From Flectonema sp. DT1601 (taxonomy: Eukaryota), in contig OZ025790.1 of NCBI GenBank assembly GCA_964019425.1, positions 496,001-560,000 of the forward strand: DNA of 64,000 nucleotides. The letters are read 5' to 3'. The position numbers and the translations under genes are program-made. Below are positions 1 through 8,268 of this stretch, in pieces (position 1 is the first letter of the stretch; the number at the start of each line of letters is the position of its first letter). Under the pieces are notes generated by a model, which saw only the letters and a list, made by a program, of their open reading frames with translations, was not told the DNA's origin and did not search any database.

Positions 1-1677
1 AATAAACCGAGCCAAGCTGGCGCGGGAAGCGACACAAACCGAAAACATGCTCAGCTATTCTTCAACTTAATCTCAAGCATGAGAAAGAACTCTCCACACA
101 AACTTGGAACATCACTCTACGATGTTGCATCAAGTGCATTGGCTGACTACGGAAGAATTGAATTATTTGATGAGCTTCAAAAATGGATAGCATCTGATTC
201 AATCAGAGTAACTCCAGCGATAGTAGCATCTAGACTACGGTGTTTATCGGGTAATAGGAAATATAAAGACGCAAGAGATGCATTCGCTGCTGTGAATGGA
301 ACAAGAATGGCTTTATCACCGATCGTGTTAAGATCATATTTAAAGGCAATCATGAAAGATCCAAAACGAAGAGATGACGAGATTGTTGACATAGTTAAGA
401 AGCTAGTATCCCAACCGGGGATTGCAAAATGTCAACAAATCTACTCAATAGCGATAACGAGTGTGTCGTCTTATGATGTCGCTGCTGCTATAATTGAAAT
501 TATGAATTATGAGGGGGTGCGAGTATCTCCTCAAATCATGAATTCAATCATCAACTTGCTATCAAAATCTGGAGACACTCGCGCAGCTGAAACACTCATA
601 ACGGCAATGCAATCTAAGGAATCTACGAAACCCACGACAGTTACTTATTGTTCGCTAATACAATGCTACAAAGTTTCGAGTCTTCCGTTGTCTGCTGGGC
701 TTGACATTCGCAGGCGAGTTGAAAAACGAAAACTTCCAAGAACTTCACACTACTACTCAGCTCTGTTATCTCTTATTTATACACGTCTGGATGGTCTTCC
801 GAAAGAGACTCAGTCTACAACGGATGGTGTGGTTGCTGATGAAAATTCTAAGCAAATAATAACAAAAACAACTGTAGTAGAACTTGTTGACGACATCCTT
901 AATGAATATATCAGTCTCCATCCAAGAGTTTCTCAAACGAGCCATTGCTGGGGTAAAGTTGCTGAGATTTACGGATCGTTAAAAGAAGCAAAAAAACTTA
1001 ATTCTCACCTACGGAAATGGATGGACGACGGACCTCGACTGACAAAAGGATCGCAAGCAGTAATACTCAGCGCCTATCGACTTCTGGGAGATGAAGGAAA
1101 AATAAATCAAATGAAATTACTTATAAAAGAAAGAGATAATTTCTACACTAATCAAGTTAAGAGACCACTTTCTTGTAACACCTCATTAGAGGTTAAAGAA
1201 ACTGCCGATGGTGTTGATGAAATGTTTACCAAAGGAATAGTAGAAGAACCCTCAGAGTCTCCCACTAAGACAGCTGTTATTTTTGGTTTAAAATCGTTTA
1301 AGACAACTGAAGATGAATTACTCAGCCTGTTACATCGCGTGGGTACTCCAACAGCTTTAGTACTGCTGCACTCGAACAACGATACTTTCTGCCGAGCATA
1401 TGTCATGTATTCCACGTCTAAGGAAGCACAGTCTCTTGTCTTGTTGAATGGAACACCACTTCATGGATCAAATTTAACTATTATTCCATCACGTTCTGAT
1501 TCTTATTTCAAGTTCACACGACAGCTTACACAGAGACTTGCCATCCATCCGTCGACAAAGGCTGCAGTGCAAGCAAAATTAACAACTACACGGTTAAGTG
1601 AGTCTTTGTTTAAGTCACAAGAGCAGTTTAAAAAGATCGTCTCGACGAGTCGCATTAAGAGAAGTATTCGAAGATAG
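1..1677 (+). CDS. PPR-repeat protein with C-terminal RRM-like domain (possibly 5'-partial)
   Basis: Frame is open from base 1 (first ATG at 79). PPR-like motifs (SPQIMNSIINLLSKSGDTRAAETLITAM; PTTVTYCSLIQCY). RRM-like C-terminus (TAVIFGL..TTEDEL..RAYVMY..A..LNG..L.GSNLTI). Confidence 0.7.
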   Translation, partial: NKPSQAGAGSDTNRKHAQLFFNLISSMRKNSPHKLGTSLYDVASSALADYGRIELFDELQKWIASDSIRVTPAIVASRLRCLSGNRKYKDARDAFAAVNGTRMALSPIVLRSYLKAIMKDPKRRDDEIVDIVKKLVSQPGIAKCQQIYSIAITSVSSYDVAAAIIEIMNYEGVRVSPQIMNSIINLLSKSGDTRAAETLITAMQSKESTKPTTVTYCSLIQCYKVSSLPLSAGLDIRRRVEKRKLPRTSHYYSALLSLIYTRLDGLPKETQSTTDGVVADENSKQIITKTTVVELVDDILNEYISLHPRVSQTSHCWGKVAEIYGSLKEAKKLNSHLRKWMDDGPRLTKGSQAVILSAYRLLGDEGKINQMKLLIKERDNFYTNQVKRPLSCNTSLEVKETADGVDEMFTKGIVEEPSESPTKTAVIFGLKSFKTTEDELLSLLHRVGTPTALVLLHSNNDTFCRAYVMYSTSKEAQSLVLLNGTPLHGSNLTIIPSRSDSYFKFTRQLTQRLAIHPSTKAAVQAKLTTTRLSESLFKSQEQFKKIVSTSRIKRSIRR

Positions 1678-1840
1678 AACTTGTCGTTAATAAACATTTC
1701 CACGTGACGTGTTGCGTTAAACAATTATTTCTCTCAGCAGGTGTGTTCCAAAATGAATTTATTAGCAGTTTGATCCGTTGATTTTCTTTTAGTGATGTCT
1801 GTGAGGGCTGCTTTGGCTTTTGGATTCCTCATCTCTCAAG

Positions 1841-1911
1841 TAAGGAAGGCGTTTGAGTGGCTACCTGCTTATACCTGTGGTGGTAGTTGCATAGGTCCCT
1901 ATCCAAGATCA
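1841..1911 (+). ncRNA. Single-hairpin H/ACA (AGA) snoRNA predicted to guide LSU pseudouridine equivalent to yeast 25S Psi1042; copies at 2260-2330, 2679-2749, 3098-3168, 3493-3563
   Basis: Lower stem GGAAGG/CCTATCC; upper stem GTGGCTACC/GGTAGTTGC; AGA at 1906-1908, 15 nt from the upper stem. Pocket strands GTTTGA and ATAGGTC pair with conserved LSU GACCUAU-Psi-C-UCAAAC. Confidence 0.85.
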
Positions 1912-1944
1912 TTGGTGGCATTCCTTATCCGTATTCTTGTTTTC

Positions 1945-2015
1945 TAAGGACCTTCAAATACCTCCGTTGACTTTCTCTTGTAGTCTCTGTGAGGGCCGCT
2001 TTGAGTTCGAGATCA
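1945..2015 (+). ncRNA. Single-hairpin H/ACA (AGA) snoRNA predicted to guide SSU pseudouridine equivalent to yeast 18S Psi1181; copies at 2364-2434, 2783-2853, 3202-3272, 3597-3667
   Basis: Lower stem GGAC/GTTC; upper stems CCTC/GAGG and GACT/AGTC; AGA at 2010-2012, 15 nt from the upper stem. Pocket strands TCAAAT and GCCGC pair with SSU GCGGC-Psi-U-A-AUUUGA. Confidence 0.75.
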
Positions 2016-2039
2016 CTTGTTTCCTTCAATCTGTTTGTG

Positions 2040-2127
2040 TAAAGGTGATGAATGAATACAATTCCGTGTTTCACATGAATACTTAATGAGTTATAAAACT
2101 GTATTCGGGTCTCAACAATCTGATCTG
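2040..2127 (+). ncRNA. Box C/D snoRNA guiding 2'-O-methylation in LSU UGAAACACGGA; copies at 2459-2546, 2878-2965, 3297-3384, 3692-3779
   Basis: Box C GTGATGA 2045-2051; D' ATGA 2075-2078; C'-like TTAATGA; box D CTGA 2120-2123. The 11-nt guide TCCGTGTTTCA (2063-2073) is perfectly antisense to conserved LSU UGAAACACGGA. Confidence 0.85.
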
Positions 2128-3853
2128 CTGGACTCTCGAGAGTTCTTTCTCTTGGAAGCCGCACACACATGCTGTTCATACATGTAGTGATATCCTCCTC
2201 CGACTTCTTTCTAAGGACTTCCGTTGGCTTTCTCTGTATAAGATTCCTCATCTCTCAAGTAAGGAAGGCGTTTGAGTGGCTACCTGCTTATACCTGTGGT
2301 GGTAGTTGCATAGGTCCCTATCCGAGATCATTGGTAGCTTTCCTTATCCGTATTCTTGTTTTCTAAGGACCTTCAAATACCTCCGTTGACTTTCTCTTGT
2401 AGTCTCTGTGAGGGCCGCTTTGAGTTCGAGACCACTAGTTTCCTTCAATCTGTTTGTGCAAAGGTGATGAATGAATACAATTCCGTGTTTCACATGAATA
2501 CTTAATGAGTTATAAAACTGTATTCGGGTCTCAACAATCTGATCTGCTGGACTCTCGAGAGTTCTTTCTCTTGGAAGCCGCACACACATGCTGTTCATAC
2601 ATGTAGTGATATCCTCCTCCGACTTCTTTCTAAGGACTTCCGTTGGCTTTCTCTGTATAAGATTCCTCATCTCTCAAGTAAGGAAGGCGTTTGAGTGGCT
2701 ATCTGCTTATACCTGTGGTGGTAGTTGCATAGGTCCCTATCCGAGATCATTGGTGGCATTCCTTATCCGCATTCTTGTTTTCTAAGGACCTTCAAATACC
2801 TCCGTTGACTTTCTCTTGTAGTCTCTGTGAGGGCCGCTTTGAGTTCGAGACTACTTGTTTCCTTCAATCTGTTTGTGTAAATGTGATGAATGAATACAAT
2901 TCCGTGTTTCACATGAATACTTAATGAGTTATAAAACTGTATTCGGGTCTCAACAATCTGATCTGCTGGACTCTCGAGAGTTCTTTCTCTTGGAAGCCGC
3001 ACACACATGCTGTTCATACATGTAGTGATATCCTCCTCCGACTTCTTTCTAAGGACTTCCGTTGGCTTTCTCTGTATAAGATTCCTCATCTCTCAAGTAA
3101 GGAAGGCGTTTGAGTGGCTATCTGCTTATACCTGTGGTGGTAGTTGCATAGGTCCCTATCCGAGATCATTGGTGGCATTCCTTATCCGCATTCTTGTTTT
3201 CTAAGGACCTTCAAATACCTCCGTTGACTTTCTCTTGTAGTCTCTGTGAGGGCCGCTTTGAGTTCGAGACCACTAGTTTCCTTCAATCTGTTTGTGCAAA
3301 GGTGATGAATGAATACAATTCCGTGTTTCACATGAATACTTAATGAGTTATAAAACTGTATTCGGGTCTCAACAATCTGATCTGCTGGACTCTCGAGAGT
3401 TCTTTCTCTTATACATGTAGTGATATCCTCCTCCGACTTCTTTCTAAGGACTTCCGTTGGCTTTCTCTGTATAAGATTCCTCATCTCTCAAGTAAGGAAG
3501 GCGTTTGAGTGGCTACCTGCTTATACCTGTGGTGGTAGTTGCATAGGTCCCTATCCGAGATCATTGGTGGCATTCCTTATCCGCATTCTTGTTTTCTAAG
3601 GACCTTCAAATACCTCCGTTGACTTCCTCTTGTAGTCTCTGTGAGGGCCGCTTTGAGTTCGAGATCACTTGTTTCCTTCAATCTGTTTGTGTAAAGGTGA
3701 TGAATGAATACAATTCCGTGTTTCACATGAATACTTAATGAGTTATAAAACTGTATTCGGGTCTCAACAATCTGATCTGCTGGATTCTCGAGAGTTCTTT
3801 CTTTCTTTTAAATACCGAAGTTGAATACGGAACTAAGGCCAAACTCTGAGCAG

Positions 3854-3929
3854 GAGGTAGAGGAAGCGATTTCGATAAAAGCCGATTACTTCAGGCTAGA
3901 AGTCGGCAAGGAAGGTTCTCACCAGAACG
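3854..3929 (+). ncRNA. Candidate single-copy AGA H/ACA-like snoRNA, target unidentified
   Basis: Lower stem GGTaGAGGA/TTCTCACC; upper stem GCCGATT/AGTCGGC; AGA at 3924-3926, 16 nt from the upper stem. Lies directly after the snoRNA array. Confidence 0.45.
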
Positions 3930-4034
3930 CCCCTTAACAATTTGTGAGATACGTCTTTGGGGAAGGGAAAGTACCAACTGAGATATAGACAAGATTAGTT
4001 ACGTAGTATTTATTACAGGCACAGATAAAATAAA

Positions 4035-6722
4035 ATGACAGTTGACGAGCAAGTTGAACAACTTGCGTCAGAAGTTGCTAAGCTAAGAGAAGCAGTTAGA
4101 GATGACAAAGTACTCAGAGACAAAGTCTCTGAATTAGAGCGGGTAGCACATGGTCCTAATGCTGGAGGGGGAGGTGTTTGGAAACGTTCATGGGCAGATG
4201 GTCTTGTTGAAGCACCGCCTGATGTTATCTTTGGACTTGCAGCTCGTTATAAAGAAGACAAACATCCTCAGAAAGTAGATCTTGTGGTCGGAGCTTACAG
4301 AACTGAGGAAGGAAAACCATACTTACTGCCGTCAGTTGCAGAAGCTGAAAGAAGATTAGCAGAACAAAGACTTCGTAAGGATTATGCTCCTATTCTAGGT
4401 CTACCAAAATTCCGTCATGCTTCCGCAGCATTAGTTCTTGGTGACGATTCACCAGCTTTAAATGAGGGACGAGTTGCTACTTGTCAGTCACTCTCAGGTA
4501 CTGGTGCTTTATCGTTAGTTGGTTATTTGTATGCGAGATTTGTTCCAATTCAAACACAAGTGTTGTTGTCGAATCCAACTTGGGCCAATCATAAATCTAT
4601 TTTTGATTATGTTGGTTTTAGAAACTTTGTTAATTATCCTTATTGGGATGAGGCAAAGAGAAAGTTTGACTACGAAGGAATGCTTCGTTCGTTGAATGAA
4701 GCACCACAAAGAAGTATTGTTATTCTTCATCTGTGTGCTCACAATCCAACTGGATGTGATCCAACACTTGCTCAATGGAGAGGAATTGGTAGGGTTTGTT
4801 GGGAGAGAAGGCATCATGTTGTATTCGACAGCGCTTATCAAGGTTACGCTTCTGGTGACTTAGAACGTGACGCATGGCCAGCACGTCTCTTTGAAAGAGA
4901 ACTTGGCCTTGAATTCGCCATAACCCAATCGTACAGTAAAAACATGGGACTATACGGAGAGCGTATTGGTTGTTTTAGTTACATAACAAAGACTAAATCA
5001 TCTGCGGAAGCCATCCAAGAACAAGTCAAAGTAATTGCCAGAAGAACTTACAGCAACCCTCCAGTCCACGGAGCACTCCTCGTCACAACAATCTTAAAAG
5101 ATAAAGAATTATCAAAGCAATGGGAAAAGGAACTCTCAGGCATGTCTAATCGTATTATGAAGATGAGAACTGAACTTCAAAAGCACTTAATCAAAAAGAA
5201 GGTACCTGGAAATTGGGATCACATTGTTAGTCAAATCGGTATGTTCTCCTTCACTGGAATGACCAAGGCACAGTGTAAGACAATGGTCGAGAGATTTCAT
5301 GTTTATATGTTGGGTAATGGAAGAATATCAATGGCGGGACTTAACACAAACAACGTCGAGTATGTAGCAAATGCCATGGCGGCATCGATTAGGGCAAACC
5401 CTGCAGCACAGATTGAAGATGTTGGTACTAACGGAGACATTGAAGAAATCGTACCGAAAATTGATCCTTTGAGACTTCCTTCACCATTAGGTCAGTGGAC
5501 ACAGCTGACTGTACCTGTTTCTGATCCTATCTTTGGAGCTTATGAGAAGTATAAGAAGGATTCTCGTGATGAAAAGGTCAACCTTCTCCTTGTCGCTGAC
5601 GGTCGTTCAATTGGAAGCAAATCTCACTTACTACTATCCGTAGCTCAGGCTGAAGAAAATCTCGCTGAAGCAAGAGGGCTAAAGGAATACATGCCTATTG
5701 ATGGTGCAGCAGATTTCAGAAAAGCATCTGCTTCTCTAATTTTAGGAAGTGATAGTCCTGCACTCCAAGAGAACAGAGTAGCGACATGTCAGAGTATTTC
5801 AGGAACAGGTGCATTGTCACTTGTGGCGGCGCTCCTATCAAGATTCTTACCGATTGAGACTAACGTTGTTTTAGCAAGACCTACGTGGTCTAATCATCGA
5901 TCGATATTTGAGTTTTGTGGGTTTCGTAATTTTGTTAATCATCGTTATTGGAATGAACAAAAGAAGAGACTTGACATCGATGGTATGTTAGAAGATCTTA
6001 AGAACGCTCCAACAAGATCAATTGTGATCCTTCAGTTGTGTGCTCATAACCCAACTGGATGTGATCCAAGTAGAGAAGATTGGCGTAGAATCGGAAGAAT
6101 CTGTTGGGAAAAACGTCATAACATTGTCCTTGACTGTGCCTACCAGGGTTACGCCTCTGGTGATCTTGAAAGAGATGCGTGGCCAGCAAGACTACTGGAG
6201 AGGGAGATTGGTTTGGAATTTGCCATCACGCAATCATTTTCAAAACCTCTTGGACTCTACAGCGAGAGAATCGGTTGCCTTTCTTATGTTTGTAAAACTG
6301 AAAGAGCAGCGCGTGCCATTCAATCACAAGTAAAAACTCTTGTGAGAAGAACCTACAGCAACCCACCACTCCATGGTGCTCGAATTGTAACAACTATCCT
6401 TAATGATGCGGATTTAAAAACACTTTGGGAAAAGGAACTTCAAGCGATGGCCTACCGAATTACTCGTCTGAGAGGAGAACTTCTCGCGGAGTTGGAGCAA
6501 CTTAGCACTCCAGGCGATTGGTCTCATTTCACTGATAAGAATGAAATGGGAATGTTTTCTCACACCGGATTGACAAGAAAACAGGTTGAAATGATGAGAA
6601 AAGAACACGCTGTTTACATGTTGAAAACAGGAAGACTTTCATGGCCAGGACTGACGTCGAAGAATATCATGAGAGTAGCCAAGGCTATTGATGACGTCGT
6701 TCGTAATGAAAGTCGTCTTTAG
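4035..6722 (+). CDS. GOT: Tandem two-domain aspartate aminotransferase with N-terminal coiled coil and C-terminal PTS1 (SRL)
   Basis: Two complete class I AAT domains, each with SxSGTGAL, PTWxNH, HNPTG, DxAYQG, SxSK (PLP lysine) xxGLYxERIG, RRTYSNPP and GR motifs. Ends ESRL*. Confidence 0.95.
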   Translation: MTVDEQVEQLASEVAKLREAVRDDKVLRDKVSELERVAHGPNAGGGGVWKRSWADGLVEAPPDVIFGLAARYKEDKHPQKVDLVVGAYRTEEGKPYLLPSVAEAERRLAEQRLRKDYAPILGLPKFRHASAALVLGDDSPALNEGRVATCQSLSGTGALSLVGYLYARFVPIQTQVLLSNPTWANHKSIFDYVGFRNFVNYPYWDEAKRKFDYEGMLRSLNEAPQRSIVILHLCAHNPTGCDPTLAQWRGIGRVCWERRHHVVFDSAYQGYASGDLERDAWPARLFERELGLEFAITQSYSKNMGLYGERIGCFSYITKTKSSAEAIQEQVKVIARRTYSNPPVHGALLVTTILKDKELSKQWEKELSGMSNRIMKMRTELQKHLIKKKVPGNWDHIVSQIGMFSFTGMTKAQCKTMVERFHVYMLGNGRISMAGLNTNNVEYVANAMAASIRANPAAQIEDVGTNGDIEEIVPKIDPLRLPSPLGQWTQLTVPVSDPIFGAYEKYKKDSRDEKVNLLLVADGRSIGSKSHLLLSVAQAEENLAEARGLKEYMPIDGAADFRKASASLILGSDSPALQENRVATCQSISGTGALSLVAALLSRFLPIETNVVLARPTWSNHRSIFEFCGFRNFVNHRYWNEQKKRLDIDGMLEDLKNAPTRSIVILQLCAHNPTGCDPSREDWRRIGRICWEKRHNIVLDCAYQGYASGDLERDAWPARLLEREIGLEFAITQSFSKPLGLYSERIGCLSYVCKTERAARAIQSQVKTLVRRTYSNPPLHGARIVTTILNDADLKTLWEKELQAMAYRITRLRGELLAELEQLSTPGDWSHFTDKNEMGMFSHTGLTRKQVEMMRKEHAVYMLKTGRLSWPGLTSKNIMRVAKAIDDVVRNESRL

Positions 6723-7870
6723 TCGATACCATTCATTTCCCGCCGCTGCTGATTTAGACTTGATGTTAATTTTGTATTAATACCTAAAGTTGTTACTGTT
6801 TTTTACATTGTCAAAGTTTCTCCCCCCTTTGGGTCCACGTGCTACCGAGTCCTTTATAAAAAAAAAAAAAAAAAATTGTATTGAGCTGCACTTTTTGACA
6901 CTCATAAGTGTTTTCCTGCTTAGCTTCACGGCAGTGGTTTGGTGGGTGGGACTCACTGCGTTGTATTATAGACTTCCTACAGGGGTGTTTTTTTTAATTT
7001 ATGTTCTTGTGGGTCAGTAATGGAGTAGGAAAACCACCTCTCTCTACACAATCACTCTTCCCCTTTTTTTTCTTGAATAACCATAATCTGGTGTGTGCGG
7101 AATTTCGTTTTTTTTATTTTGTTAACTTTTTTCTGCTTCTTTACGCATATGCCTCGAAGTAACTATGAATTTTTTTTTTTTTTTTTTTTATATATTCTTC
7201 CTGTGTGCGACTTTCAGTGGCTTTGGCAATGTGCAAAAACTTTCTTCTTCTTTTTTTTTTCCCTTTTGAAGATCTACCTAACTGATACTACGGTGGCCTG
7301 TTGGACTTTGCTAACGAATTCACATTATTTTGTTCCCTTTTTTTTTGTTTTTTTTGTTTTGCGCATAATAAAAAAAAATAGCCCCCTCTTTATTTTTTTC
7401 CCTTCTTCTTTCTCTCTCTATAACATATTCGGTCGAATCCTGTGTATTGTGCGTACTTTACAGGTACACGGTTGCTGTTAAGTGAAGGAACAAAATGGTT
7501 GACGATTAAGCATTAAATTCGTAGTACACATTGCTCCCTGGAGTTTTCCAGTCTGGTGTAAATGTGAATAAAATAGCTATCGTTTTTCAACTAATACATC
7601 GGGGGGGGATGAATCTTAAATAATAATAAAAAAAAAAATAACATATTGCGTACACTTGTTTCATTATGACAAGAAGAAACACGAGGCATTTGCCGGTTGT
7701 GCCTTCTGTTGGAAAAAAGGATAAGAAAAAAAAATTTACCAACGTTTATTTTGTGAAAAGGATGACCAGAAAACGGAATCGCTAACGGGGATGCGCTCAC
7801 TCTTAGCTTGAGCTATGCACCTTGTTGTTTGTTTTTCGTTTTTCGTTTTTTTTGTGAACTGGAGGGAAGG

Positions 7871-7902
<32 letters not shown>

Positions 7903-8268
7903 ACTTAACACAATTCTTGTATAACATCTTTTTTTTCCCTGCGCTGCTTTTGACACATCGCATCCCCTTCCCGCAGGGAGTGTTGGCTTTTTTAAAGAGA
8001 ACATTTTATTTTTTATTTTAGTTAACCGTATCTCTGATACCGAGATGAACTGGTGCAGCTCATCAAAAAAATTATTTCAAAAATACCCCTCTTCAAAAAA
8101 GACTACATTTCCCCCTCCGCAATTAGGTATTTGAAGCATGTGATTTTGTGTGGACGGAATCCAGTCACGATAATTAATATCTAATTAGTTGTGTGTTAAC
8201 CTTTGATTTATGTATCCGTTCTGCAATATTAACTTTTAGGGGAATATAACCAAAACAGACAAATAACA

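Larger units (their letters stand above)
1823..3802. repeat. Tandem array of a 419-bp unit (about 4.8 copies) encoding a snoRNA cluster
   Basis: Units start at 1823, 2242, 2661, 3080 (395 bp, 24-nt deletion) and 3475 (partial). Copies are near-identical. Confidence 0.97.

Noticed and set aside
1925..3484. Repeated 100-108 aa minus-strand ORFs and 65-aa plus-strand ORFs
   Set aside because: No protein motif, and the longer ORFs run against the cluster direction. The region is better explained by + strand snoRNAs with rRNA-complementary guides.
1823..3802. CRISPR, SL RNA, 5S or hammerhead retrozyme array
   Set aside because: No unique spacers, no SL exon or 5S motifs, and no CTGANGA core on either strand of the unit.
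6790..8021. Short Phe/Lys-rich ORFs here and in other intergenic regions (17969-22073, 37990-38426, 61949-63866)
   Set aside because: Translation artefacts of poly-T and poly-A tracts.
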